Assembly (NCBI GenBank): GCA_963662405.2
Contig: CAXXKT010000002.1
Location: forward strand, 194,484-258,483
Length of the DNA: 64,000 bases
From: Syntrophales bacterium
GTDB taxonomy: Bacteria; Desulfobacterota; Syntrophia; Syntrophales; UBA2210
Direction of reading: 5' to 3'
Both the position numbers and the translations under genes were made by a program. Below are positions 8,559 to 18,860 of this stretch, piece by piece (positions within the stretch are counted from its first letter, which is position 1; every line of letters begins with the position of its first letter). The notes below the pieces were generated by a model, which was given only the letters and a program-made list of their open reading frames with translations, was not told the DNA's origin and did no database searches.

Positions 8559-9863
8559 TTATGTTTTTTCCACCTTGAGTTTCAATCCTACCGCGCCGAC
8601 CACCCGCACACCGCTTCCCTCCTCTATGGGTTCCCTGCTGGATGCGTTCCAGTATTCTCCCTTGATCAGGACCCTCCCCTCGGTATGGACGGGAGTTATG
8701 GCAGTGCCTTCCCGACCGATCATTCCCTCCACCCCCGTAGAAGGCTTCCCCCTCTGGGCCTTCACGGCCAGGGTCACGACGGCGATGAAGAAGAGCGACA
8801 CCAGCGCCACGGTCGGGATCATAACGCTGAGCGAAACCCGCAGGGCCGGGGCCGAGGATTCAAACAGCATGACGGACCCCAACACAAGGGAAATGACTCC
8901 CGCTACGCTGAGCATACCGTGACTGATGATCTTGATCTCCGCGATGAAGAGTATGATGCCGAACAGGATCAGAGCGATACCGGCATAATTGACGGGAAGG
9001 GTCTGCATGGCGAAGAAGGCGAGGATAAGCGAGATCCCCCCGACCACACCAGGAAGAATCGCTCCCGGGTGGGCGAATTCGAAGTAGAGACCGGCCAGGC
9101 CGATCATCATCAAGAGGTAGGCGATATTGGGGTTGCTGAGGGCCACCAAGACTCGATCTCGTAAACCCATAACCGTATAATTGATAACGGCATTCTTCGT
9201 ATCGAGGGTCACATCCCCCGTGGGGAGCCTGACCGTCGTTCCGTCCAGCCTGGCGAGAAGATCTTCCATATCAGATGCGATCATGTCGATCACGTTCAGC
9301 TTGAGTGCCTCCGCAGCCGGGATGGAGACGCTTTCCCTGACCGCCTGTTCGGCCCAGTCGGCGTTACGCATTCGCTGCTGAGCGATCCCCCGGGCGTAGG
9401 CAACCGCATCATTTTCCACCTTGAGCGCCATCGTATCGTCCATCTTTCCCCCGAGCCCGATCGCCACCGGGTGGGCCGCCCCGATATTGGTCCCCGGTGC
9501 CATCGCCGCCACCGAGGCAGCCATGGTTATCATGACCCCCGCAGATGCTGCGCGGGCGCCGGAGGGGGAGACAAAAACGATGACCGGCAGGGGTGGATTC
9601 AGGAGTTCTTTAACGATATCACGCATCGCCAGATCGAGCCCCCCCGGAGTATCGAGAAGAATGATGAGTCCGGCGGAGCCATCGGCACGGGACCGTTCAA
9701 TGCTCTTGGCAACATACTCAGTAACAGCGGGGGTAATGGCCGAATCGACGGAAATAACATCAAAGACAACACCCTGTTCTCCGGCACAAAGTCCCCCTCC
9801 CGCAAGAGCAAGAAATACACCGAACATCCCGACGGCAACGACGGTCCAGGATCTCCTTTTCAT
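8559..9863 (-). CDS. NfeD family membrane-bound ClpP-class serine protease
   Basis: It has a signal/TM segment, a ClpP-like domain ([18 protein letters not shown]), a multi-TM core, and a C-terminal OB domain ([23 protein letters not shown]). This is the classical partner located upstream of an SPFH gene. Confidence 0.9.
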   Translation of the reverse strand: MKRRSWTVVAVGMFGVFLALAGGGLCAGEQGVVFDVISVDSAITPAVTEYVAKSIERSRADGSAGLIILLDTPGGLDLAMRDIVKELLNPPLPVIVFVSPSGARAASAGVMITMAASVAAMAPGTNIGAAHPVAIGLGGKMDDTMALKVENDAVAYARGIAQQRMRNADWAEQAVRESVSIPAAEALKLNVIDMIASDMEDLLARLDGTTVRLPTGDVTLDTKNAVINYTVMGLRDRVLVALSNPNIAYLLMMIGLAGLYFEFAHPGAILPGVVGGISLILAFFAMQTLPVNYAGIALILFGIILFIAEIKIISHGMLSVAGVISLVLGSVMLFESSAPALRVSLSVMIPTVALVSLFFIAVVTLAVKAQRGKPSTGVEGMIGREGTAITPVHTEGRVLIKGEYWNASSREPIEEGSGVRVVGAVGLKLKVEKT

Positions 9864-9949
9864 GAAACGTCCTCCGCTTGTATCTCAATTACCACTTCTT
9901 TTCTACACTGAGAAGCGGCAGCACTCGGTTCGTCGATTCCCATCACACC

Positions 9950-10648
9950 CTACGGGAGTTCCTTCATAACCATCTGGACATCCTCCCAGACCTGTTTCTT
10001 TGCCCCCGGATTTCGCAGGAGATAGGCGGGGTGGTATGTGGGCATGAGCAAGATGTCATGATACGAGTGGAAACGACCGCGCAGGGCCGAGATGGGGGTA
10101 TCCGTCTTGAGGAGGGTCTGGGCCGCAAACTTACCCAAGGCACAGATTACAAGCGGTTGCAAGGATTCAAGCTGTTTCAAAAGGAAGGGCTCACAGGCTT
10201 CAATTTCGTCCGGCTCAGGGTTGCGATTTTTCGGTGGGCGACACTTCAAAATATTACAAATGTAAACCTGCTCTCTCGTCAGACCCATGGCCTTGATAAT
10301 ATCCGTCAGGAGCTGCCCGGCCCTCCCCACAAAGGGCTTTCCCAGCCGGTCTTCATCAGCACCGGGTGCCTCACCGACGAATACGAGGTCGGCGTTCGGA
10401 TGCCCCTCCCCGAAAACGATATGCTTCCTTCCACTCTGCAGTTTACACCGCATGCATTCGCCCAGCTCAGCCTGGATATCTTCCAGCGTCACGGGAGGAG
10501 AGGCATGGACCTGTTCGGTATCCGTATCGGGGGACAGACCACCCCCCCCCGCGAGACACAGGCTCGACAAAGGAGAGCGCATCCTTCTCACAGACAATAC
10601 GTGATTCTTCAGGGCAACAGTCAGATCCAGGAGTTCATCTCTCATCAT
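9950..10648 (-). CDS. Uracil-DNA glycosylase, family 4
   Basis: Matching blocks are CMRCKL....IVFGEGHPNADLVFVGEAPGADEDRLGKPFVGRAGQLL and HPAYLLRNP. Confidence 0.9.
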   Translation of the reverse strand: MMRDELLDLTVALKNHVLSVRRMRSPLSSLCLAGGGGLSPDTDTEQVHASPPVTLEDIQAELGECMRCKLQSGRKHIVFGEGHPNADLVFVGEAPGADEDRLGKPFVGRAGQLLTDIIKAMGLTREQVYICNILKCRPPKNRNPEPDEIEACEPFLLKQLESLQPLVICALGKFAAQTLLKTDTPISALRGRFHSYHDILLMPTYHPAYLLRNPGAKKQVWEDVQMVMKELP

Positions 10649-11850
10649 GTATTTTTCCCGACATTGATAATGCGCAGGACTCCATCCAGAATCCTATCAG
10701 CCACATCTTTTTTATCCATAAGAGGAAGCTCCTCAATTGCTCCTGTCGTGTCCAGAATCTTCACGAGATTCGTGTCATGCTGAAATCCGGAACCGGGAAG
10801 GCCCAACTCATTCGCTACGATCAGGTCCATCGCCTTGGCCTTCATCTTCGCCCGTGCATTCGCAATGAGATCTTCCGTCTCCATGGCGAATCCCACCAGG
10901 ATCCGATCTCCCTTTTTCTTACCGATCTCGGAGATGATATCGGGTGTCCTCTCGAGACTGATATCCCGGACGCCGGATTCTTTCTTGATTTTCACGGCCG
11001 AAACCGTGGACGGACGATAATCTGCTACCGCGGCGGCCTTGATGATGACGGTTGCTTCCTCCAGGTGCCGCATCACGGCATCCCGCATCTCGACGGCACT
11101 TGACACCCCGACAAATCGCACACCGACAGGTTTGGTGAGTGAGGTCGGGCCACTGACCAGGGTCACCTCGGCACCTCTCATCCGGGCGGCAACAGCCAGG
11201 GCGTACCCCATCTTCCCGGACGAATGATTGGATATGTACCGCACCGGGTCGAAAGCCTCTTGGGTGGGACCGGCAGTCACCAGTATCCGCTGCCCCTTCA
11301 GGTCCTTTCGGGTCAGGATTGCAGCCACCTCTTCGGCAATACCGAGGGGATCAGGAAGCCTCCCTTTCCCCGTTGTCTTACAGGCAAGTTCCCCGTGTTC
11401 GGCATCCATAAAGAGATATCCCCGTGCGGAAAGGCTGTCCATATTGGATTGGAGAATCGGATTGTCATACATATTGACGTTCATGGCCGGGCATATCAGC
11501 ACCGGGGCCTTGGTGGCCGCGACGGTCGAGGTGAGGAGATCATCGGCGATACCCGCCGCTATCTTTCCAATGATATTGTAGGTCGCAGGTGCGATGACGA
11601 CGATGTTTGCCTCCTGCGCCAGGGAGATATGGTGTATGTCCCAATCCCCCGGGGAAGAAAACATCTCCGCGTAAACGGGGCTGCCGGAGAGGGTCTGGAG
11701 GGTAAGCGGCGTTATGAACCTGGTTGCGTTCTCGGTCATAATCACCTTCACAATTGCTCCCCTTTTGATAAACTCCCGCGTCAGTTCGGCCGTTTTATAC
11801 GCGGCAATCCCACCGGCAATACCCAAAACGATTTTCTTGTCTTTCAGCAT
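10645..11850 (-). CDS. coaBC: Bifunctional phosphopantothenoylcysteine decarboxylase / phosphopantothenate-cysteine ligase
   Basis: Matching blocks are MLKDKKIVLGIAGGIAAYK, PAMN..M and SSGKMGYALA. The track ORF extends to 11901, but the ATG at 11848-11850 fits the family N-terminus. Confidence 0.93.
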   Translation of the reverse strand: MLKDKKIVLGIAGGIAAYKTAELTREFIKRGAIVKVIMTENATRFITPLTLQTLSGSPVYAEMFSSPGDWDIHHISLAQEANIVVIAPATYNIIGKIAAGIADDLLTSTVAATKAPVLICPAMNVNMYDNPILQSNMDSLSARGYLFMDAEHGELACKTTGKGRLPDPLGIAEEVAAILTRKDLKGQRILVTAGPTQEAFDPVRYISNHSSGKMGYALAVAARMRGAEVTLVSGPTSLTKPVGVRFVGVSSAVEMRDAVMRHLEEATVIIKAAAVADYRPSTVSAVKIKKESGVRDISLERTPDIISEIGKKKGDRILVGFAMETEDLIANARAKMKAKAMDLIVANELGLPGSGFQHDTNLVKILDTTGAIEELPLMDKKDVADRILDGVLRIINVGKNT

Positions 11851-12009
11851 ACTTCTTCCCTTAAAGTGCCACTTATTCGGGATGATGATCCGTCTCACCA
11901 AGCTGTCCCGAGATCTCTCGGGAATAAAATCCGTTGAAAAACATAACAGTTATTGTATATAAGGTCAACTGCTAAGCAATCACCGGGGGATAAGAGAAGA
12001 GAGGTTTGG

Positions 12010-13341
12010 ATGAGGAGATATCTGAAAATTCTGGGTCTAGTCGTACTGCTTCCTTTGATAGGAACTGGCATTTGGTTGCTTCTGGTGTTCTACGAGGGAG
12101 AAGCTCCCGCCATTCTTTTGAGCAGAGGGATCGAGGTTGTCGGGCAAAAAACTATTTTTGATATCACCTGCACCGACGAGAAAAGCGGCATTCGTAATAT
12201 CTCTGTTGCGATATCCCAGGATGGGAAGAGGAGCATCATCGAATCCGTGAATCTCGCGGCGCGTGGCACACGCCAAAAAATCATTCCAATCGATTTGCGT
12301 CCCTCAGACCTGAAACTCCACGACGGAGAGGCTCGTGTCGACATATCCGTAACCGACTTTTCTTTCAGGAAGAATACACATTCTCTGACGATCAATGTCG
12401 TTATCGATACGATCCCTCCCCGAATATCTCCCATGAACGCGTATCACTATATAAATCCGGGGGGATCGTGTGTAGTTGTTTACTCTCTCTCGGAGGTCGT
12501 CCCCCGAACAGGGGTACAGGTCGGCACCGATTTCTACACCTCCTGTCCTGAGCCTACAACAGACGGTGGGAAGCGTTATATTTCTTATTTTGCCATCCCG
12601 TGTGACAATGCGCCGGCGGAAAAATTGAAAATCCAGATCCTCGCCGAGGATAGGGCCGGCAACACCAGTTTTTTTGCACTTCCTTTCCACGTCAGAAACA
12701 AGACGTTTCGCAATGACAGGATGAACATCTCGCAACGGTTCCTCGAGATGAAGATGCCTGAATTTCAGAACCGGTACAAAAATTTGCAGGGACTTCCCCT
12801 GGTCGATGCATTCTCATACGTCAACAAGGAGATGCGAGCACAAAACAAGGAAATCATCGAAACCATCTGCAAGGAGACAAGGCCCGAAAAGCTTTGGGAG
12901 GGACCGTTCCTCCGGATGAGCAATACCGCGACCATGGCAACCTTTGGTGACCGGAGGACCTACTACCACGAGAAAGCAATCATCAGCAAAAGCATTCACA
13001 AGGGAGTTGATCTCGCGTCAACAAGAAACGCACCGGTGGAGGCATCAAACACAGGGATCGTCATTTTCACTGGATATATTGGCATTTACGGGAACACGGT
13101 TATCATCGATCACGGGATGGGACTGTGCAGCCTGTACGCACATCTTTCGTCAATTAACACAGACAAGGGTCAACCCGTTACAAAGGGAGAGATCATTGGC
13201 AGGACAGGAATGACCGGTATGGCCGGGGGTGACCACCTCCACTTTGGGATGATCGTTGGGGGGGAATTTGTTAACCCGGTTGAATGGTGGGATCCCCACT
13301 GGATACGAGACAACGTAACGCGAAAATTGGTGGATGAGTGA
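12010..13341 (+). CDS. M23 family metallopeptidase with N-terminal membrane anchor
   Basis: MRRYLKILGLVVLLPLIG acts as the anchor. The C-terminal LytM domain shows HKGVDLAS..., NTVIIDHGMGLCSLYAHLS and TGMAGGDHLHFG. The track ORF begins at 11953 with an alternative start. Confidence 0.85.
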   Translation: MRRYLKILGLVVLLPLIGTGIWLLLVFYEGEAPAILLSRGIEVVGQKTIFDITCTDEKSGIRNISVAISQDGKRSIIESVNLAARGTRQKIIPIDLRPSDLKLHDGEARVDISVTDFSFRKNTHSLTINVVIDTIPPRISPMNAYHYINPGGSCVVVYSLSEVVPRTGVQVGTDFYTSCPEPTTDGGKRYISYFAIPCDNAPAEKLKIQILAEDRAGNTSFFALPFHVRNKTFRNDRMNISQRFLEMKMPEFQNRYKNLQGLPLVDAFSYVNKEMRAQNKEIIETICKETRPEKLWEGPFLRMSNTATMATFGDRRTYYHEKAIISKSIHKGVDLASTRNAPVEASNTGIVIFTGYIGIYGNTVIIDHGMGLCSLYAHLSSINTDKGQPVTKGEIIGRTGMTGMAGGDHLHFGMIVGGEFVNPVEWWDPHWIRDNVTRKLVDE

Positions 13342-14208
13342 TCAGGGTTTGTCGATATCACGGTGGCTGACGTGCACCGTATAGGTTCTTTTAGTAAAGT
13401 GCCGAGCCAACTGGTTCAGAATAACCACGGATCGGTGTCTTCCTCCGGTACACCCGACAGCAATATTTAAGTATGATTTACCCTCTTTCTCATAGAGAGG
13501 TGTGAGAAATACCATCATGTCTAAGAGTCGTTTGAGAAACTCCTCGGTGTCATCCCACCCCATAACATACTCTTCAACGGATCTTTCGATCCCCGTCTGT
13601 CCCTTGAGTCGCTCGATAAAATAAGGATTGGGGAGAAACCGCACATCCAGCACAATATCCGCATCAGGGGGGATACCGAAACGGTATCCGAACGATATCA
13701 GATTGATAATGAGTTTCCTGGTTTCGTCGGAAGCGAGATAGAGCCGCTGGACATGTTCCTTCAGCTGGTGGACACTGTAACTCGAGGTGTCGAGGACCTG
13801 GCTGGCCATCCCCTTCAGTTTCTGAAGTTTTTCCCGCTCCAGCCTGATGCTCTCTAAAATGGTCTTGTCTTTCGAAAGAGGATGTTTCCTCCTTGTCTCA
13901 CTAAATCTTCGCAGGAGCAACTCATCACTCGTATCAAGAAAGAGTATCTCGATATTGTATCGTCTCTTCCTTAGGCGGGAGAGGACCTCAATGTGTTTCT
14001 CAAGGAAGTGCTTTTCGCGCAGGTCCATCACCAGAGCTATCTTGGAGATCTCGGACGAAGCCCCGGTCTGGAGATCCAAAAACTTGGGGAGAAGCATAAC
14101 CGGGAGATTATCGACGCAGAAAAAGCCGATATCTTCCAAGGCCTTCAAGGCCGTGCTCTTTCCGGAACCGGACAAACCGGTTATGATGACGATACGCAGA
14201 TTCTCCAT
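13342..14208 (-). CDS. rapZ: RNase adapter protein RapZ (P-loop NTPase YhbJ family)
   Basis: Matching blocks are MENLRIVIITGLSGSGKSTALKALEDIGFFCVDNLP and, near the C-terminus, GCTGGRHRSV. It is positioned after ptsN as in the canonical rpoN cluster. Confidence 0.9.
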   Translation of the reverse strand: MENLRIVIITGLSGSGKSTALKALEDIGFFCVDNLPVMLLPKFLDLQTGASSEISKIALVMDLREKHFLEKHIEVLSRLRKRRYNIEILFLDTSDELLLRRFSETRRKHPLSKDKTILESIRLEREKLQKLKGMASQVLDTSSYSVHQLKEHVQRLYLASDETRKLIINLISFGYRFGIPPDADIVLDVRFLPNPYFIERLKGQTGIERSVEEYVMGWDDTEEFLKRLLDMMVFLTPLYEKEGKSYLNIAVGCTGGRHRSVVILNQLARHFTKRTYTVHVSHRDIDKP

Positions 14209-14309
14209 CACCCTGCCGTACAACAGGTTATTGCTCCCTTTCAGCACCACGGGCCACGTATAGCACACTGCCGAGGCTTTTGCTGCAAACGACCGGTGCG
14301 GACAAACGT

Positions 14310-14777
14310 TTACATATATGCCTTGTCTTTCTCTACAATAATATCATATATCGCTTCAGCTGAATCAGCTTCGACAAGAGATTCCCGAAACGAAACATCC
14401 TTCAACATACGCGAGATCTTGGCCAGGGCCTTCAGATGCTGTCCCGCTGAGTTTTCCGGAGCCACCAGGAGAAAAAAGAGGTGTACCGGCCCACCGTCCA
14501 GAGAATCGAAATCAACCCCGACTCGGCTTCTTCCAAATGAAACAATGAGGTTCTCAAGGCCTTTCAGTTTTCCATGAGGTATGGCAATTCCTTCTCCGAT
14601 ACCCGTGCTCCCGAGCTTTTCGCGATCCATCAAGACTTCAACTACGGAGTCGCGGTCGATATCCGTGTTATCATGTAGGAAGACCTCAGATAATTCAGCG
14701 AGCGCCTCTTTCTTCGTCTTGGATTTCAGATCGTCTATAATATAGTCTTTCCTTAGCATATCCTGGATATTCACCAT
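14310..14777 (-). CDS. ptsN: PTS IIA-like nitrogen regulatory protein PtsN
   Basis: 155 aa with the active-site region GSTGIGEGIAIPHGKL. Its position between hpf and rapZ fits the family. Confidence 0.9.
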   Translation of the reverse strand: MVNIQDMLRKDYIIDDLKSKTKKEALAELSEVFLHDNTDIDRDSVVEVLMDREKLGSTGIGEGIAIPHGKLKGLENLIVSFGRSRVGVDFDSLDGGPVHLFFLLVAPENSAGQHLKALAKISRMLKDVSFRESLVEADSAEAIYDIIVEKDKAYM

Positions 14778-14795
14778 GTTTCACTACCCCGTTTT

Positions 14796-15338
14796 TTAGC
14801 TGTTGGTCTCTATCAGGAGATACCTCCCATCATCTCGACGGTAAAGAATGGATACATTCTCCGAGGAAGAATCCCGATAGACGAGAAACCGGTTGTTTGA
14901 TTCATCCATTTCCAGGATCGCATCGTCCAGAGACATGGGCTCCAGTATCACCTTTTGTGTCTTCGCCACCCTGGAACCCTCGTCGAACTCGTCGTCTTCG
15001 ACAACAAACGGCTCCTCGGGACCGACAGCCTCGCCCATCGAAGTAACGTCTTTATGGTTCCTCACCTTTTGCTTGTACTTTTTTATCTGCCGTTCCACCT
15101 TATCGATCACTGCATCGATGGCAAGGGTCATTTCTTTCGCCTCTTCCTTGCCCTGCAAGGTGATGCCTTTGGCAGAAAGGTTTATCTCCGCAACGTTCCT
15201 GAATTTTTCAACAGCCAATACCACACTTGCATTGACCGGCTTGTCGATATACCGCTCAATCCTGGTCATCTTCTTCCCAACATAATCTTTCAACCATTCC
15301 CCGGCTTCCATGTTTCGGAAGGTAAATGAGATTTGCAT
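14796..15338 (-). CDS. hpf: Ribosome hibernation promoting factor (long form)
   Basis: The N-terminus MQISFTFRNME..ERYIDKP is the sigma-54 modulation/S30EA domain. The C-terminal dimerisation domain shows LEPMSLDDAILEM..FLVYRD. Confidence 0.9.
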   Translation of the reverse strand: MQISFTFRNMEAGEWLKDYVGKKMTRIERYIDKPVNASVVLAVEKFRNVAEINLSAKGITLQGKEEAKEMTLAIDAVIDKVERQIKKYKQKVRNHKDVTSMGEAVGPEEPFVVEDDEFDEGSRVAKTQKVILEPMSLDDAILEMDESNNRFLVYRDSSSENVSILYRRDDGRYLLIETNS

Positions 15339-15437
15339 GCTGTCTCTCCTCTCAACTCGTTTCCATCTATCAGTCTCGTGATGAAACCCCGCCTTATATG
15401 TGAGCCGACATCAAAAGTCAATCGGTATTTCACCGGA

Positions 15438-16877
15438 TCAAAAGTACCGCTTGCGTTTTGACGACGGCAATATCCCCAACATATCCCTGTATTTCGCGAC
15501 AGTTCTTCGGGCAATCGATATATTCGATTCCGCGAGTATCTTCACGATCTGACTGTCGTTATACGGTTTTTTGCTGTCCTCTCCGGCGACAATCTGCCGT
15601 ATCTTTTCCTTGACGCTCTGAGATGCGATCTGCACATCTCCCGTCCTATTTATCCCGCTGTTGAAGAAGTATTTCAACTCAAATATTCCTCGTGGGGTAT
15701 GCATGTATTTGTTTGTGGTAACTCGGCTGATAGTCGATTCATGCATCTGCACATCGGCAGCGATATCCCTCAGAACCATTGGTTTCAAATAGCTGATACC
15801 CTTATCGAAGAATTCAATCTGATGATCCAGGATAGACTCTGATACCCGGTAAATCGTCTTTTGCCGCTGCTCAATACTCTTGATCAGCCAGGTAGCGGAT
15901 TGTAAACGCTCTTTGATATAATTCTTACTCGTCTCTTCCCCATGCGATTTAATTCCGCCCATGATTTCCTTATAGAAGTTACTCACCCGTAACTTCGGCA
16001 GGCCATCATCGTTAAGGGTAATGCGGTACCGATCTCCAAGCTTAAAGACGAATACATCCGGAATAATATACTGGGGCCTCTCTTCGTTGTACGGAAGCCC
16101 CGGTTTGGGATTCAACGACCCTATTACCAGGGCTGCCTGTTCGACATCGGCGAGGGGGATCTTTTCCTTATTGGCAATATTCTGATAGTTTCGGGTCTCA
16201 AGATCTTTCAGGTAACTGTTTACAATCTTTGCGGGAAGATCAAATTCAATATCAAGAAAGCGAAGCTGGATCAGGAGACACTCTTTCAAATCCCGTGCAG
16301 CAACGCCGGGAGGGTCAAATTCCTGTATCTTGGCAACGACTTCTTCAACAAAAAATGGCTCGACCTCTTCCAAGGCGGCTATTTCTTCAGACGTGGCGAG
16401 CAGGTATCCATCACCGTTCAGGTTACCGATGATCTGCTCGCCCACCCGTCGTTCCAAATCGGTAAACCGCGACAGGCTAAGCTGCCATTGAAGATGATCA
16501 GACAAGGAACCTGAACGGGTGAGCATATTCTCGAAAGGCGGTGCATCCACATCCTCACGCCCTTGGTGCGGTACACCCATGGGACCGAAATCTTCGAGAT
16601 AATTGTCCCAGTCAAATTCTTCCTTCCCATCTCCTTCTCCGGTGATCTCCTTTGACGCCGGCGCAATCTTTATATCTTCAATCTCCGGGACAATCTCCGT
16701 ATCCGGATCGTTTTCAACAGAGCGTTCTTCAAGAAGAGGGTTTTCTTCTAGCTCCTGATTGATGGCATCCACCAGTTCGATCCGCGAAAGCTGGAGGAGT
16801 TTGATCGATTGTTGCAACTGCGGGGTCATAACCAGTTGCTGCGTCAATTTCAAAGTCTGTTTCAGCTCAAAAACCAT
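15438..16877 (-). CDS. rpoN: RNA polymerase sigma-54 factor
   Basis: It has the N-terminal Gln/Leu-rich region (LKLTQQLVMTPQLQQSIKLLQLS), an acidic region II, and the RpoN box ARRTVAKYR near the C-terminus. Confidence 0.97.
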   Translation of the reverse strand: MVFELKQTLKLTQQLVMTPQLQQSIKLLQLSRIELVDAINQELEENPLLEERSVENDPDTEIVPEIEDIKIAPASKEITGEGDGKEEFDWDNYLEDFGPMGVPHQGREDVDAPPFENMLTRSGSLSDHLQWQLSLSRFTDLERRVGEQIIGNLNGDGYLLATSEEIAALEEVEPFFVEEVVAKIQEFDPPGVAARDLKECLLIQLRFLDIEFDLPAKIVNSYLKDLETRNYQNIANKEKIPLADVEQAALVIGSLNPKPGLPYNEERPQYIIPDVFVFKLGDRYRITLNDDGLPKLRVSNFYKEIMGGIKSHGEETSKNYIKERLQSATWLIKSIEQRQKTIYRVSESILDHQIEFFDKGISYLKPMVLRDIAADVQMHESTISRVTTNKYMHTPRGIFELKYFFNSGINRTGDVQIASQSVKEKIRQIVAGEDSKKPYNDSQIVKILAESNISIARRTVAKYRDMLGILPSSKRKRYF

Positions 16878-16933
16878 TGTCCCATCCGTATCTTACACAA
16901 AAGAGGATGTTTTTTAGCCCCAATAGACGACCT

Positions 16934-17725
16934 TTAAAGACCAAAATCCTTCCCAAGATAAATCTTCCGGGCAATCTCGCTACCCGCTATCGTATCCGGA
17001 TCACCGTCGATCAAAACCGATCCCTCGTTGACGATATATGCCCTGTCACAGACTTTGAGGGTCTCTCGTACATTGTGATCGGAGATCAGGACACCGATTC
17101 CCTTTGAGCGCAGGGCACTGATGATGTTCTGTATATCAGCCACCGCTATCGGATCGATTCCTGCAAAGGGTTCGTCAAGGAGCATATATTGGGGTGAGGT
17201 CACTAGGGCGCGCGTAATCTCGACCCGTCTTCGTTCTCCCCCTGAAAGCGAATATGCCATACTCTTTGAAATTCCTGATAAATCCAGCTCATTGAGGAGT
17301 TCGCGCAATCGTTCCTGCCGCTCTGACTTGTCCAGATATAACGTTTCAAGGACGGCCATGATGTTATCCTCGACAGACAGTTTTCGGAAGACCGACGGTT
17401 CCTGCGGCAGGTAATTAATCCCTTTGCGTGCCCGCATATACATGGGATCCCGGCTGATATCCACATCATTGAGCAGGATGCTTCCACCATCCGGTCGTAC
17501 GAGCCCGACTATCATATAAAAAGTCGTGGTTTTTCCCGCACCGTTCGGTCCCAGAAGACCGACCACCTCTCCTCGATGAATCTCCAGGTTGACATGATCG
17601 ACGACCCGTCTTCCATCATACGTCTTTACCAGCTCTTTTGCCAACAGTGCTTCCACAGATTCAATCCGCCTGACCGGGTGACTCGCCCGTGGGTAAAACG
17701 TCACTTTCGGGATAGATAACGGCAT
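16934..17725 (-). CDS. lptB: LPS export ABC transporter ATP-binding protein
   Basis: Walker A (GPNGAGKTT), signature (LSGGERRRVEI) and Walker B (LLDEPFAGIDP) are present, in lptA-lptB-rpoN order. The ORF-track start overlaps lptA by 65 nt, so the true start is probably internal. Confidence 0.92.
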   Translation of the reverse strand: MPLSIPKVTFYPRASHPVRRIESVEALLAKELVKTYDGRRVVDHVNLEIHRGEVVGLLGPNGAGKTTTFYMIVGLVRPDGGSILLNDVDISRDPMYMRARKGINYLPQEPSVFRKLSVEDNIMAVLETLYLDKSERQERLRELLNELDLSGISKSMAYSLSGGERRRVEITRALVTSPQYMLLDEPFAGIDPIAVADIQNIISALRSKGIGVLISDHNVRETLKVCDRAYIVNEGSVLIDGDPDTIAGSEIARKIYLGKDFGL

Positions 17726-18239
17726 TTACTCGTTTCTTTCCACCGGAGCTCTGAACCATCCCCCTGTTTTCTTTCAGGAATACTGTTATCTTGTCCCCTG
17801 TTATCATATTGTTCCCCTCGCGCATCACGGCATGACCGGTCATAACAACCGTCTGATCTGCATTATGGAAAACGGCCCGATCCCCGGTAACGACTCGCCC
17901 CCCCTTTTCTACAGTTACATTGCCTTTCAACTCGATTTTTTCTATTTTTCCGCCGCTGGTCGCTCCAGGAGAAATCGATTTTTCGCCCGCGTCACTCTTA
18001 TCGTAGTAGAGATACAACTCATCTGCGCATATGACCGCATCATCCTGCGTCGCGACGACATTGCCCGAGAAAAGGACAAGGGCCTCATTATCATAGGCAT
18101 CCAGACGATCAGAGGTGATTTGGATCGGACTGTTTGAACGGGGCCGCGAGAAACTTTCCGCTCCGTACACGTTCGTCATTCCCGTGACCAGAGGAAAAAA
18201 AACCGCAAACAACAGAAACGGAATACACCTTGGTTTCAT
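17661..18239 (-). CDS. lptA: LPS transport periplasmic protein LptA (OstA-like)
   Basis: A signal peptide is followed by repeated OstA beta-jellyroll pattern (ITSDRLDAYD...FSGNVV..., GNVTVEKGG..TGDRAVF). Synteny also supports the call. Confidence 0.75.
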   Translation of the reverse strand: MKPRCIPFLLFAVFFPLVTGMTNVYGAESFSRPRSNSPIQITSDRLDAYDNEALVLFSGNVVATQDDAVICADELYLYYDKSDAGEKSISPGATSGGKIEKIELKGNVTVEKGGRVVTGDRAVFHNADQTVVMTGHAVMREGNNMITGDKITVFLKENRGMVQSSGGKKRVNAVIYPESDVLPTGESPGQAD

Positions 18240-18287
18240 ATATACTTTTCTCCTCGGCTTCCCATTATCCTTCTCGGATTTTTTTCG

Positions 18288-18860
18288 TTACATCCAGTCT
18301 CTGCTAATGGTGGCCTGAACATCCGATAACAGAGTCGCCTTCCTGCATTTCATTGAAAGGTCCATACCGACACCTCGCACGGAGGTACCGGAACGCAACA
18401 TTCTAACGGCGTCCTTCGTGTGGATCACCCCATCTCCACCATTATGGCTATAGTGAAGGCTTGCCGTTTCAAAACGATCCCCTCGATCCGAAAGGGCAAC
18501 CACATGGCCGCATATATCCACATCCCTCGTGTCGGTATGCAACGAACCACTTTCCCCGGTTATCACGTACACATCACCATTCGAAAAGATGAGTCGGACC
18601 CGAACATTCTCGAAGAGGGTTACGTTATTCTCCTTGCTATACGTTGCCGTGTCGGCATTGATTTCCCATGTCAAATCGGGATCACCCACCTCGGTATAAT
18701 GAAAATCCCGTATCCGAAAATCGACCTTGTCTGAAAGCACTTTCAGGACACTCGCTTCCCTGTGAGCGGTGCACAGCATGTACAGAACCAGCGCCCCGAC
18801 AAGGAGAAAAAAGATCCCCCCTCCTACAAACAGTTTCTTGGCAGATAATTTTCCAAGCAA
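18288..18860 (-). CDS. lptC: LPS export system protein LptC
   Basis: An N-terminal anchor is followed by an LptC-like beta-rich domain. Its position between kdsC and lptA fits the family. The start codon is TTG in the track. Confidence 0.65.
   Translation of the reverse strand: MLGKLSAKKLFVGGGIFFLLVGALVLYMLCTAHREASVLKVLSDKVDFRIRDFHYTEVGDPDLTWEINADTATYSKENNVTLFENVRVRLIFSNGDVYVITGESGSLHTDTRDVDICGHVVALSDRGDRFETASLHYSHNGGDGVIHTKDAVRMLRSGTSVRGVGMDLSMKCRKATLLSDVQATISRDWM

Noticed and set aside
8298-9164. 288-aa + strand ORF, with similar antisense ORFs at 9878-10783, 20733-21359, 49435-50268 and 41914-42615
   Set aside because: All are antisense or out-of-frame relative to confidently identified genes (NfeD, UDG, TPR, der/SBP, cobD) and show no motifs.
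11936-12001. Apparent 1-nt disagreement between my hand translation of the displayed bases and the ORF-track frames for 11714-11962 and 11953-13341
   Set aside because: I can reproduce the track only by assuming one more A after 11940 and one fewer G at 12000. All other spot checks (for example 6006, 13341, 14208, 25252, 33486, 44433, 50228, 55801, 60346/60737) agree with the track. I therefore treat this as my own transcription slip, not a biological frameshift. The M23 peptidase most likely starts at the ATG at 12010 either way.
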